NCBI GenBank assembly: GCA_965226375.1
Contig: CBDDCX010000008.1
Location: forward strand, 1,920,001 to 1,984,000
Direction of reading: 5' to 3'
Length of the DNA: 64,000 nucleotides
Origin: Longimicrobiales bacterium
GTDB taxonomy: Bacteria; Gemmatimonadota; Gemmatimonadetes; Longimicrobiales; Gaopeijiaceae
The notes beneath the pieces were generated by a model, which saw only the letters and a program-made list of their open reading frames with translations, was not told the origin of the DNA and searched no databases. Both the position numbers and the translations under genes were made by a program. Position 1 is the stretch's first letter; each line of letters opens with the position of its first letter. Of this stretch, positions 52,237 through 63,025 are shown piece after piece.

Positions 52237-54056
52237 TGGCGGAGCCCACGCGTCACTCGCACGATGTGCTCATCATCGGGTGCGGGGGGGCCGGTCTGCG
52301 GGCGGCCATCGAGGCGTCCGCATCAGGCGCATCGGTCGCCGTCATCTCGAAGTGCCTTCTGGGTAAGGCTCACACGGTCATGGCGGAAGGCGGCATGGCT
52401 GCGGCCCTGGCCAACGTCGACGAACGGGACAGCTGGAAGGTGCACTTTGCCGACACCATGCGGGGCGGGCAGTACCTCAACAACTGGCGCATGGCGGAGC
52501 TTCACGCCAAGGAATCGCCGGACCGCGTGAGGGAGCTGGAGGCGTGGGGTGCTGTGTTCGACCGCACCAAGGAGGGAAAGATTCTCCAGCGTAATTTCGG
52601 GGGCCACGCCCACCCGCGGCTTGCGCACGTCGGAGACCGTACGGGTCTCGAGCTGATTCGTACCCTTCAGGATCACGGGGTCCACCAAGGTATGGAGGAC
52701 TTTCAAGAGTGCACCATCACCCGCCTGCTCAAGTCAGGCGACCGGGTGGTGGGTGCGTTCGGCTACGACCGAGAGAGCGGGGACTTTCGAGTCTTCCAGG
52801 CGGGGGCCGTGATTCTGGCTACCGGCGGCATCGGCCAAGCGTTCAAGATCACGTCCAACAGTTGGGAAGGCACAGGAGATGGCCACTCGCTCGGCTACCA
52901 CGCCGGCGCGGAACTCATCGACATGGAATTCGTGCAGTTCCATCCCACGGGCATGGTGTGGCCCCCGAGCGTACGCGGGCTACTCGTTACGGAAGGGGTT
53001 CGCGGCGAGGGCGGCATCTTGAAAAACTCCGAGGGCCGGCGCTTCATGTTCGACGACATTCCGGACCTTTACGTGAACCAGACGGCGGATAATCCGGACG
53101 AGGGCTGGCGCTACGTCATCGGTGATCGGAACGCCCGCCGTCCTCCGGAGCTCCTCACGAGGGATCACGTCGCACGCTGTATCGTCCGGGAGGTCAAGGA
53201 AGGCCGAGGGAGCCCACACGGCGGCGTATTCCTGGACATCGCATGGATCAAGGAGAACATGCCCAACGCTCCCGAGCACATCCGACGGAAGCTCCCCTCG
53301 ATGTACCATCAGTTCAAGGAGCTGGCCGGCATCGACATCACCTCGGAGCCGATGGAGGTCGGTCCCACGACCCACTACGTGATGGGAGGACTCCGAGTGG
53401 ACTCCGACACCCAGATGTCGACGGTGCCGGGACTGTTCGCCGCGGGCGAGTGCGCGGCGGGCCTGCACGGAGCCAACCGCTTGGGCGGCAACTCCCTGTC
53501 CGACCTCGTGGTCTTCGGCAAGCGTGCCGGCGAGCACGCGGCTGCGTTCGCGAAACAAGCATGGCCTGGGTGCAGTGCAGAATGACGAGGTCGAGGAGGC
53601 TGAACGCGAGGCGCTCGCTCCGTTCGAGCGGCAGCCCAGTCCGGTGACGCGGGTCCCTACAAGGTCCAGATGGAGCTGCAGGATCTCATGCAGGACAAGG
53701 TCGGCATCATTCGGAAAGCGGACACTCTGTCTGAGGCCGTAGACGAGATCAAGGACCTGTCGGCGAAGGCGCAACAGACCAGAGCCGGTGGAGACCGCCA
53801 CTTCAACCCCGGGTGGCATACCGCCCTGGACCTGCGACACCTCCTGACCGTGGCTGAGGCGTGTGCCCGATCGGCGCTGGCACGAAGAGAGAGTCGGGGG
53901 GCCCACTCGCGGATCGACTATCCTGACAAGGACGCCGACTGGGGAAAACATACGATCGTACTCAGGAAGGGATCGAACGGCATCATGGAGGCCGGAAGGG
54001 ATCCCCTGCCCCCGATTCCCGACGAATTCCGCGAGATCATCGAGGAGCAAGGCTGA
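52236..54056 (+). pseudogene. sdhA: Succinate dehydrogenase/fumarate reductase flavoprotein, two frameshifts near 53560 and 53640 as sequenced
   Basis: GCGGAGLRAA, KAHTVMAEGG, QFHPTG, LHGANRLGGNSL; C-terminus RRESRGAHSR in another frame. Confidence 0.88.
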
Positions 54057-54808
54057 TGGCGACCGCGACCTTCAAGATCTGGCGAGGCGACGCGGACGCC
54101 GGGGAGTTTCGGGAGTACACGACGGACTTGGTGGAGGGCATGGTCGTGCTCGACGCCATCCACCAGATCCAGGCCGAGCAGGCCCACGACCTGGCGATCC
54201 GGTGGAACTGCAAGGCAGGCAAGTGCGGGTCCTGCTCCGCCGAGGTCAACGGCATGCCCAAACTCATGTGCATGACCCGCCTGAGTGACCTGCCTCTGGA
54301 CCGCCCCGTCACCGTGGAGCCCATGAGGGCGTTCCCTCTCAAGAAGGATCTGGTGACCGACGTCTCCTGGAACTACGAAGTCAAGAAGAGGATCCGCCCA
54401 TTCAAGCCGAGGGCCCCCGACTTCGAGGACGGTTCCTGGAAGATGCACCAGTCCGACGTGGACCGGGTGATGGAGTTCCGAAAGTGTATCGAGTGCTATC
54501 TGTGCCAGGACGTATGCCACGTCCTGCGAGACCACCGCATGCACGACGAGTTCATCGGCCCGCGCTTCTTGGTCTATGCCGCCGCACTGGAGATGCACCC
54601 GTTGGACACCGAGGACCGCACGGACGACCTGCGAACCGAACATGGGGTGGGACTCTGCAACATCACGAAGTGCTGCACAAAGGTCTGTCCCGAGGGTATC
54701 ACCATCACCGACAACGCCATCATTCCGCTAAAGGAGCGGGTCGCCGACGGGGCGTACGATCCCATCGGGAAGCTGATCCACCTGGTCGCGGGACGGTCGA
54801 AGGACTGA
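54056..54808 (+). CDS. sdhB: Succinate dehydrogenase iron-sulfur subunit
   Basis: CKAGKCGSC, CIECYLCQDVC, CNITKCCTKVCP. Confidence 0.95.
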   Translation: MATATFKIWRGDADAGEFREYTTDLVEGMVVLDAIHQIQAEQAHDLAIRWNCKAGKCGSCSAEVNGMPKLMCMTRLSDLPLDRPVTVEPMRAFPLKKDLVTDVSWNYEVKKRIRPFKPRAPDFEDGSWKMHQSDVDRVMEFRKCIECYLCQDVCHVLRDHRMHDEFIGPRFLVYAAALEMHPLDTEDRTDDLRTEHGVGLCNITKCCTKVCPEGITITDNAIIPLKERVADGAYDPIGKLIHLVAGRSKD

Positions 54809-54811
54809 TCT

Positions 54812-55315
54812 ATGGAATTCGAGTTGAAGACCATCTCACCGGACAGCGTCGAGGCGGCGAAAGAGAAGGCGGTTCGATACCGGCTTCTGAACGAGCCTGC
54901 CCTGGCCGAGAGCATTTGCCGCGACGTCCTGTCCGTGGCGCCCGACGATCGCGAAGCCTTGATTACCCTCCTCCTCGCCCTCACCGACCAGTTCACTTCG
55001 CCGAGAGGGTCCCGGGTCCGTGAGGCGACCGAGCTCGTCGAACACCTCGAGGATGAGTACGACAAGCGCTACTACTCCGGAATGATCTGCGAGCGGCGAG
55101 GCGTCGCGTCGCTGGCCAAGGCCGGACCCGGATCGGGGCCGATCGCTTACGACTGGTTACGTCAGGCGATGGACCACTACGAGTCGGCGGACGAGGTCGG
55201 ACCGGAGGGCAACGAGGAGGCTCTCCTACGTTGGAACACCTGCGCCCGGGTGATCATGCGCGATCGCCATATCCGACCTCTGCCGGAAGAGCCCGCGCAC
55301 ACGATGCTGGAATAG
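54812..55315 (+). CDS. Hypothetical protein, co-transcribed with sdh
   Basis: 3 bp after the sdhB stop; RYRLLNEP..AESIC, LRWNTCAR. Confidence 0.75.
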   Translation: MEFELKTISPDSVEAAKEKAVRYRLLNEPALAESICRDVLSVAPDDREALITLLLALTDQFTSPRGSRVREATELVEHLEDEYDKRYYSGMICERRGVASLAKAGPGSGPIAYDWLRQAMDHYESADEVGPEGNEEALLRWNTCARVIMRDRHIRPLPEEPAHTMLE

Positions 55316-55364
55316 CGCCCTTTCGATCCACCGCCCGTTAGGAGGCGCGGGTCCTAAGGCGGTC

Positions 55365-56009
55365 TCAGTTCTCCTCGGCGGCGGGATGCTGCAGATCGTA
55401 CATCCCGGCAGCCGCTACGCCACCCAGGACGGGCCCGACCAGGTAGATCCACAGGTTGGTCAAAGATCCGTCACCGACAAAGGTGTCGACCAGAATCGGG
55501 CCTGTGCCCACCGCCGGGTTGAAAGCACCGCCCGAAATACCTCCTACCGAGAACGCGCCGGCCATGACCGTGACCCCTATTGCCAAGCCATAGTACGAGT
55601 TGCCCGCGGTGGCATCGTCGGTGGCGACGTTGAGCACGACGAGGGCCAAGGCGAACGTGAAGAGGGCCTCGCTGAGGAGCACCGCCACCAGCCCCACATC
55701 GGCTCCGGGCGCGGGGGCGAAGGTGCTTCCGGTGACGACGAGGACCGCGAGGCTGGCCAGGACGGCACCCAGCAACTGAGCGATGACGTAGGGTACCAGG
55801 TCACGAGCTTCCATCTTGCCCCTTATGAGAATGGCGATGCTCACGGCGGGGTTGTAATGGGCGCCGGATATGTGACCACCCATGTAGACCATGACCATGA
55901 GAACCGACCCGATGGCCAAAGGAGCGAATGGACTCCCATCCAGCACGGTCAGGCCGATCGTGAACACCAGAAAGAAGGTCCCTACGACTTCGGTCAGGTA
56001 ACGGCTCAT
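55365..56009 (-). CDS. Aquaporin / MIP channel
   Basis: HISGAHYNPAV and SGGAFNPAV. Confidence 0.95.
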   Translation of the reverse strand: MSRYLTEVVGTFFLVFTIGLTVLDGSPFAPLAIGSVLMVMVYMGGHISGAHYNPAVSIAILIRGKMEARDLVPYVIAQLLGAVLASLAVLVVTGSTFAPAPGADVGLVAVLLSEALFTFALALVVLNVATDDATAGNSYYGLAIGVTVMAGAFSVGGISGGAFNPAVGTGPILVDTFVGDGSLTNLWIYLVGPVLGGVAAAGMYDLQHPAAEEN

Positions 56010-56154
56010 GCTACGGAGGCTCCAGTCTTCAAGGGCTGCACGAGCCCGTCCTTGTTCGGACATGGGCCAAGCCAGCGGCTTCGAATGGCCCAGTTTGCGC
56101 GCTGGCCCGCCGGCCGGCAACCTTCGGCATGAATCCACTCTCGTCCGACGCGCC

Positions 56155-57105
56155 ATGACCGACTCGAACCGGGCTCGGGCTTACGCACCGGCGACCGTGG
56201 GCAACGTCCTGTGTGGATTCGACGTCTTCGGCTTGGCCCTCGAACGCCCGGGTGATGTGGTCGAGGCGCGTCGGTGCTCGGGGCCCGGTGTGGCGATCGC
56301 GGCGATCCACGGAGACCGTGGGCGCCTTTCGACGGACCCGGACCAGAACGTGGTGGGTGTAGCCGCAAGAGCGGTGATCGAGGCAGCCGGACTGCAGGGG
56401 GTGGGCGTCGAGCTCGAGGTGTGGAAGGGGCTGCCATTGTCAGGAGGTATGGGTGGCAGCGCCGCCAGCTCGGTCGCGGCGGTTGTAGCTACCAACGCCC
56501 TGCTCGAGGCCGGCTTGAGCAAGGAAGACCAACTACTCTGCACGCTCGAGGGCGAGCGCCGTGCAGCGGGGGCCACCCACCCGGACAACAGTGCTCCATC
56601 TCTTCACGGAGGCATCGTCATGGTAAGGCCGGAGCAGCCGGGCGTGGTCATCCCGCTCCCGGTGCCGAGCGGCATGGCGGTAGCCCTGGTGCATCCTCCC
56701 CTGGAGCTGGGGACCGGTGCCATGAGACAGGCCCTCCCTGCGGAGGTCCCGCTCGAACGAGCCGTTACCCAGTGGGCCAACTGTGCCGCCCTGGTCGTCG
56801 GTCTTTACGAGGAGGACTGGGACCTCCTGCAAAGAGCGCTGGTCGATGAGATCGCGGCGCCGCACCGCGCTCCGCACGTTCCCGGTTTCGATGAGGTCCG
56901 CTCGGCCGCGCTGGAAGCGGGTGCGGTGGGCGCAGGTCTGTCCGGGTCCGGCCCCTCCATGTTCGCACTCTGCCGAGACATCGGTGACGCGGCGGCCGCG
57001 GCGGACGCCATGACTGTGGCCTTCGCGGAAGTGGGGCTCGAGGATTCCGACCGGTACGTCTCCCTGGTGGGGAGTGGAGCACGGGTCATCGAGGACCTTC
57101 CTTGA
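56155..57105 (+). CDS. thrB: Homoserine kinase
   Basis: APATVGNVLCGFD, LPLSGGMGGSAAS, HPDN, LSGSGPS. Confidence 0.93.
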   Translation: MTDSNRARAYAPATVGNVLCGFDVFGLALERPGDVVEARRCSGPGVAIAAIHGDRGRLSTDPDQNVVGVAARAVIEAAGLQGVGVELEVWKGLPLSGGMGGSAASSVAAVVATNALLEAGLSKEDQLLCTLEGERRAAGATHPDNSAPSLHGGIVMVRPEQPGVVIPLPVPSGMAVALVHPPLELGTGAMRQALPAEVPLERAVTQWANCAALVVGLYEEDWDLLQRALVDEIAAPHRAPHVPGFDEVRSAALEAGAVGAGLSGSGPSMFALCRDIGDAAAAADAMTVAFAEVGLEDSDRYVSLVGSGARVIEDLP

Positions 57106-58397
57106 GACTCCTGAGCACCAACGGTCGCAGTCCCACGGCCACCCTACAGACCGCGCTGCTCCAGGGACTCGCACCCGACGGGGGTCTCTATCTGCCCGAA
57201 CGGCTCACGCCCCTGGCCAAGTCGACACTAGAGGGCCTTCGAGGTCGCTCCTTCGTGGAGATTGCCGGAGAGGTGGCGCAGCACCTGCTGGCCGACGAGA
57301 TCGCAACATCCGATGTCCATGCTATTGTGGCCTCAGCCCTTGATTTCCCGGTGCCGCTCGTGGAGTTGGAGCCGGACGTCCATGTGTTGGAGCTCTTCCA
57401 CGGGCCGACCCTGGCCTTCAAAGACGTGGGAGCGCGTTTCATGGCGGCACTGCTCGGCCACGTCCGCAAGAACTCCTCCGAGAGGATCACCATTCTGGTG
57501 GCCACGTCCGGTGACACGGGCAGCGCGGTGGCAAACGCGTTCCTGGACGTAAGAGACGTCCAGACCGTGGTGCTCTACCCTGCGGGTAAGGTGAGCCCAC
57601 TTCAGGAGCGTCAATTCACTACCCTGGGCCGTAACGTCCGTGCATTGGAGGTCGACGGCACGTTCGATGACTGCCAACGGCTGGTCAAAGAGGCCTTCGC
57701 CGACGTCGAACTACGGGCACGGCTGAACCTTACGTCGGCCAACTCCATCAACATTGGCCGTCTTCTACCACAGACCTTCTACTACTTCCATGCCTGGGCT
57801 CAGCTCTCAAGTGGACTCCCGCCCTTGTTCTCGGTGCCGTCCGGTAACTTCGGCAACCTTACGGCAGGACTCATCGCTAAGAGGCTCGGGCTTCCGACTC
57901 GGGGCTTCGTGTCCGCCACGAACGTGAACGACACGGTGCCCCAATACCTCCGTACCGGTGTCGTCCAACCCAAACCGTCAGCCCAGACGATCTCGAACGC
58001 CATGGACGTGGGAGACCCGAGCAACCTGATCCGCATTCTTACGCTGTATGAGCATGACATCGAGGGCCTCAGGGCTGATGTGGCGGGAAGTGTGCATGAC
58101 GACGCCGAGACTCGTCGCGCCATCCGGGAGGTATACGCGAGGACCGGTCAGGTCCTGGATCCCCACTCCGCGGTGGGCTACCTGGGAGTGGAGTCGGGTC
58201 GCGTGGCCTTCGGACCTGGACCGGCCGTATTCCTGGCGACTGCGCACCCCGTGAAATTTCGGGAGGCAGTCGAGGCCGAAGTCGGCGCACTCGTGCCCGT
58301 CCCCGAGCGTTTGTCCGCCTGCCTGGAAGCCGAACGCCGAGTCACAGCCATGGGCTCCCGTCTCGGCGAGCTCCGCGACGTGCTGCTCAACGGCTGA
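57102..58397 (+). CDS. thrC: Threonine synthase
   Basis: GLAPDGGLY, LELFHGPTLAFKD, ATSGDTG, SANSINIGRL, VPSGNFGN. Confidence 0.96.
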   Translation: MRLLSTNGRSPTATLQTALLQGLAPDGGLYLPERLTPLAKSTLEGLRGRSFVEIAGEVAQHLLADEIATSDVHAIVASALDFPVPLVELEPDVHVLELFHGPTLAFKDVGARFMAALLGHVRKNSSERITILVATSGDTGSAVANAFLDVRDVQTVVLYPAGKVSPLQERQFTTLGRNVRALEVDGTFDDCQRLVKEAFADVELRARLNLTSANSINIGRLLPQTFYYFHAWAQLSSGLPPLFSVPSGNFGNLTAGLIAKRLGLPTRGFVSATNVNDTVPQYLRTGVVQPKPSAQTISNAMDVGDPSNLIRILTLYEHDIEGLRADVAGSVHDDAETRRAIREVYARTGQVLDPHSAVGYLGVESGRVAFGPGPAVFLATAHPVKFREAVEAEVGALVPVPERLSACLEAERRVTAMGSRLGELRDVLLNG

Positions 58398-58473
58398 GCG
58401 AGCGTGTCGAGTGCAGTGGGGGGTCGTCTCGCGGGCCTCCAGGAGGCCTACCCGCGTCTTCGACCGAAGCCAC

Positions 58474-58992
58474 CTAACGTCCCACCTGCGCCTCGGGCCA
58501 CAGGGCGAGGGCCCTCATCGCAGTCCGATCGGGCGTGAGCTCGGAACTGCCGGGAGGGTATCCGTTGATCTCGAGGATGTAGGCGATGATGTCGGTGTAG
58601 GTCTGGGCGGGGAGCCCTCCTGGATTGTCATCCGGCATGCTGTAGGCGATGGCCGCATACAGATTCCGGACCGTCCGACCGCGCCACTCGCGCTCGAAGG
58701 TGGAGCCACGGAACTCACTGGATTCGTGGCACGAGAGGCAGGTCTCCCTGAAGAAGCCCTCGCCCCGGACCGCCTGATCGGCGGTGTAGAATGCGGGGAG
58801 GGTTGGGGAATCCGCCACTGCGACATCGGACACGGCAGCGTCCGATACGGGAGTCTCCCCACCGGCATTTACTGCGCCGTCAGCAGAGGCCGCGGGTGCG
58901 GCAGTGCCGGTCGCCACATCCTGCGGAGACGAGGCACAGCCGGTCAGAGCCAGCAATGCCAGTGTCCCCAAGGGCCCGATGAATCCCCTCAT
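58474..58992 (-). CDS. Cytochrome c lipoprotein
   Basis: Lipobox LTGC, CLSCH heme motif, SMPDDNPG. Confidence 0.9.
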   Translation of the reverse strand: MRGFIGPLGTLALLALTGCASSPQDVATGTAAPAASADGAVNAGGETPVSDAAVSDVAVADSPTLPAFYTADQAVRGEGFFRETCLSCHESSEFRGSTFEREWRGRTVRNLYAAIAYSMPDDNPGGLPAQTYTDIIAYILEINGYPPGSSELTPDRTAMRALALWPEAQVGR

Positions 58993-59399
58993 GTCTGTCC
59001 TTTTCTTGTCGAATCACCAAACGTGGTGCATACCACCGACTTGAAGCAAGAGCCCGAGAGAGCACACTACCCTCCCGTTGCCAAACGACACGCACCGGGT
59101 CGTCTGCGTTGAGAATCAGCTGTGACCGAGAGCCATGACCGACCGACCGCGGCAAGGCGGTTCAACGTCGTGCCACCAAGCAACGTTTGGGCTCTCCAGG
59201 CCATCCAACAGTCGGATCGTCAAAACCGGCGCTACCGGGTGTCTCCAGGTCCCGAAACACCACGCATTCCGCTAACGTATCAATCCTGGGCTGACTATGC
59301 GTCTCAGCCGTCGGATTTGTCACAAGGCGACTTCACCGCAGAGGAGTGGAGGGCCTCGTTTTTTTACCTCAGATGGGATGATGCTGTGAGGGGCCAAAC

Positions 59400-61751
59400 G
59401 TGAAATGGATAGGAGTGGCCTTGAGCGTGTTGATGGCCACGCCTCTCGCCGGCCAAGGTTACGGACAGTCCGTGGCCGTTGGTGACGGCCAGGTGATCGT
59501 CGGAGAGTCGTTGAACACGATGGCCCCCGGATACGTCTACGTGTACCGGAAGGACGACGGGGGAGCATGGGCCGAGGCCCAGCGTCTCGAGGCCTCGAAC
59601 TCCGAGAACGGTGACCACTTCGGCCGGTCACTCGCCCTGACGGGGAATCACCTCCTGGTGGGCTCCACGACCATGGAAACGGTCTACGTCTTCGAGAAGG
59701 ATGGCGACGGGACCTGGAGCGAGACGCAGGCCATGCAGGCGCGGGGCAGTGTCGAGGGCGACTACATCGGGCGCATGGCGGCTGTGGACGGTGATAACGT
59801 GCTCATGGCTGCATGGGCGTTTTCGGGCAGCCGAGGAGCCGTGTATGTATTCCACCGTGACGCCTCTACCGGCCGCTGGAGCGAGCCGGGACGGCTCACG
59901 GGGAGCGATTCTCAGCCCAACGATTTGTTCGGGATGTCGGTCGCCATCGACGGTGATGTAGTGCTGATCGGTGCGCCCGAAAAGGATGGTAGTACCGGGG
60001 CCGTGTACGTTTTCCAGCTTGATGAGACCGGCGCATGGACCGAGAGGGACAAGCTGACCGGGGCTGGCACTGGCGCCAACAGCCGCTTCGGCCGGTCGGT
60101 CGCCTTGCGAGACGGTCGCGCGCTCATCGGCGCCTCCACCCACGAGCAGGGCCTCGGAACCGTATTCGCATACACCTACAACGAAGACTCCGGCGAGTGG
60201 GACGCAGGCGCCAAGTTGAAGCCGTTCGACGGGGGCACGCCCGGCACGCAGTTCGGAGCCTCCGCCTACTACGGCGAGTCCGACGTGTGGTTCGGCGCCC
60301 CCGGGGCATCGGGCTTCGAGGGTCGCATCTACGCCATGACCCAAGACGCCTCCGGAGATTGGACGAACGCACGGAAGATCTTGAGTGCCGATCTCGATGG
60401 CGGAGACCAGTTCGGTGCCATGTTCGCGGTCAACGGTGATGTGGCCGCGATCGGCGTGGTCGGAGACGACTATGGTCTCGGCACGGTCGCCGTCCTAGAG
60501 CGTTCCTCGAGCGGATGGGCCGAGGTCACGAGCCTGTTCAGTGAGCCCGTCAGCCTCGAGGCCGTCACTGGAGACCAGATCGACTGCTCCGAGGGCAGCG
60601 CTTCCCTGTTCGACTGCGAAGATGTGGACATGCTCTCCTTCCTTCCGGTGTCCGATCTGGGTGGCGGGCGAGGCGTCAAGGTCAACGACCTGTGGGGCTG
60701 GACCGATCCGGAGTCAGGTCGGGAGTACGCTCTGGTCGGGCGCTACGACGGCACTTCCTTCGTGGACGTCAGCGATCCGTCGGACCCACGGTACCTCGGA
60801 AACCTTCCCATGACGGAGGGAGCCCGGGGCAACTCCTGGAGGGACATCAAGGTCTTCGACGACCACGCGTTTGTGGTGGCCGACGGTGCCGGACAGCACG
60901 GAATGCAGGTGTTCGACCTGACCAAGCTCCGGGATGTGGGCAGCGACCCGGTGACGTTCGAGGCGGACGCCAATTACGGACGTATCGCCAGCGCCCACAA
61001 CATCGTCATCAACGAGGACACGGGCTTCGCCTACGCGGTGGGAGTCAACTCGGGCGGCGAGACGTGCGGTGGCGGGCTCCACATGATCAACATCCAGGAT
61101 CCACTGACACCGCTGTTCGCCGGGTGTTTCCAGGACATGTCGACGGGCAACCAAAACACCGGGTACAGCCACGACGCCCAGTGCATCAGCTACCACGGAC
61201 CGGATGAGGAGCACCGCGGCCAGGAGATCTGTTTCGGGGCCAACGAGACGGCACTGAGCATTGCCGATGTGACGGACAAGGCGGCGCCCGTAGCGCTGTC
61301 TATGGCCAGCTACCCAAATGTCGGGTACACCCATCAAGGATGGGTCGACGAACAGCACGAGTACTTCTACATGAACGACGAGACCGACGAGGTCGGCGGA
61401 CAGGTCGCACGCACCAGGACCTTGGTGTGGGACATCAAGGATCTGGACGATCCGATCCTGGTTAAGGAGCACTTCGCCGACAACGCTTCGTCGGATCACA
61501 ACCTCTACATCCGCGGTGATCTCATGTATCAGTCCAACTACGTGAGCGGACTCCGGATTCTGGACATCTCGGATCGGGAGAACCCCGAGCTCGTGGGATT
61601 CTTCGATACGGTTCCATGGTCGCCCGACGCTCCCGGATTCGACGGGTCGTGGAGCAACTACCCCTACTTCGAGAGTGGCATCATCGTGGTGAACAGCAAA
61701 TCGGAGGGCATGTTCATCTTGCGCAAGCGGGAGCGGAACCTGATTCCGTAG
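59400..61751 (+). CDS. Secreted choice-of-anchor B family protein with FG-GAP-like repeats
   Basis: Signal peptide; FG.S.A repeats; NDLWGWTD, WRDIKV, AHNIVIN, YTHQGW, GSWSNYPYF. Confidence 0.88.
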   Translation: MKWIGVALSVLMATPLAGQGYGQSVAVGDGQVIVGESLNTMAPGYVYVYRKDDGGAWAEAQRLEASNSENGDHFGRSLALTGNHLLVGSTTMETVYVFEKDGDGTWSETQAMQARGSVEGDYIGRMAAVDGDNVLMAAWAFSGSRGAVYVFHRDASTGRWSEPGRLTGSDSQPNDLFGMSVAIDGDVVLIGAPEKDGSTGAVYVFQLDETGAWTERDKLTGAGTGANSRFGRSVALRDGRALIGASTHEQGLGTVFAYTYNEDSGEWDAGAKLKPFDGGTPGTQFGASAYYGESDVWFGAPGASGFEGRIYAMTQDASGDWTNARKILSADLDGGDQFGAMFAVNGDVAAIGVVGDDYGLGTVAVLERSSSGWAEVTSLFSEPVSLEAVTGDQIDCSEGSASLFDCEDVDMLSFLPVSDLGGGRGVKVNDLWGWTDPESGREYALVGRYDGTSFVDVSDPSDPRYLGNLPMTEGARGNSWRDIKVFDDHAFVVADGAGQHGMQVFDLTKLRDVGSDPVTFEADANYGRIASAHNIVINEDTGFAYAVGVNSGGETCGGGLHMINIQDPLTPLFAGCFQDMSTGNQNTGYSHDAQCISYHGPDEEHRGQEICFGANETALSIADVTDKAAPVALSMASYPNVGYTHQGWVDEQHEYFYMNDETDEVGGQVARTRTLVWDIKDLDDPILVKEHFADNASSDHNLYIRGDLMYQSNYVSGLRILDISDRENPELVGFFDTVPWSPDAPGFDGSWSNYPYFESGIIVVNSKSEGMFILRKRERNLIP

Positions 61752-61906
61752 CGTTCCCGATCTCCTACGCCCGTTTCACCGGGTGAGAAGCCCTCTCCAC
61801 GCTTCGGCGCGGGGAGGGCGTTCTGCATCACAGGGGGGCGCCGCCGAACTCAGCGGCGCGTACGAGTTCATACGTATACTCACGACGCAAAGATACGTAC
61901 CTGACT

Positions 61907-62989
61907 TCACCGCGCGCCCTCGACCTCCGTGAAGGCGATCGCGAACGGGCAGATACCGACCTGAACCTGGGCCTCGACCGAGAAATCGGCGGCCAATCGA
62001 TGCACCACCGAGGGTGCCGTGCAGTCGGGGTTCAACGTGTACAGCCGGCCGGAGCTGTCGAAGCCCAGCCCCGAGACGCTCGCGACTCCGTCGGGGGTGA
62101 TGGGGTCGTCGGCCCCGCGCACGAACGCGCCTGTCTGAGAGTCCCAAACCATGGCTCCAATGCCGAAGGCGCCCACTACGACCCTGCCGTCGCCATGCAC
62201 GGCGATGGATCCGGGAAAGTTGCCGAAGCCTTCCACGTAGTCGACCTCGGTGAGGCTCCCACTGTCGACCACAGAAACGGCTCCGTTGTTCGCACCCTAA
62301 GTTCCGGACTGAATCAGGAAGAGCCTTCCGTCCGAGTGGATCGTGCCCGCCGCGACGTTCTCACCGGTAAGCTGGATGGTGCTCACGACCTGGAGCGTTG
62401 CACCGTCCACGACCGAAACGGTCGAAGGGCCCGCGGGGACGAAGTTCTCCAGCTCGGCGTTGAGGACGTAGGCCCGGCCACCCGAGACCACGATCCCCTG
62501 CGGAAAGCGCCCGACCGCGATCGGCGCCCCGACGGTCCCACTCAGAACGTTCACTGGGCTCACCGTGCCGAGGCTCGAGTTCGCGACCAGCACGATCGAG
62601 TCGTTGACGAAGCCCACTCCCGTAGCACCCGATCCTACGGGCAGCGCGATCGTGCGCAGGAGAGTCGCCTGAGCGACATCGACAATGGCCACCGCCGGGA
62701 CCACTCCCAGCGGGATGGCGGCCAGAGCTCCCCGCACCGCCAGCGTCACCGGACTGCCGTCCGCCCCCAGGCCGACAACCTGCGTCACCGAAGGATCGTC
62801 CACGTCGAAGATCGTCAGTGAGACGTCGGTGCTCGTGACCACAACGCCGACCTCCCGCGCCTGGACCTGTGGCTCTACCGGGTCGTCTGAGCACCCCGAC
62901 ACCGCGACCAGAGCTACAAGAGACAGAAGGCGCAGGAAGGCAGGTGTACCAAACGCGCGTCGGAGTGGGGATCTGGTGAACTCGAACAT
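61907..62989 (-). pseudogene. YncE/BtuG-like beta-propeller lipoprotein with an in-frame TAG at 62297
   Basis: Lipobox VSGC; IAVGRFPQGI and VQVGICPFAI blades; the two ORFs are in the same frame across SGT*GANNG. Confidence 0.75.
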
Positions 62990-63025
62990 TCTGGTCTCCT
63001 GAAGATGAAGTTGAGAGTGGGTCAT

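Noticed and set aside
62297..62299. In-frame TAG as possible pyrrolysine or recoding
   Set aside because: TAG terminates many intact genes here; a single TGG-to-TAG change is simpler.
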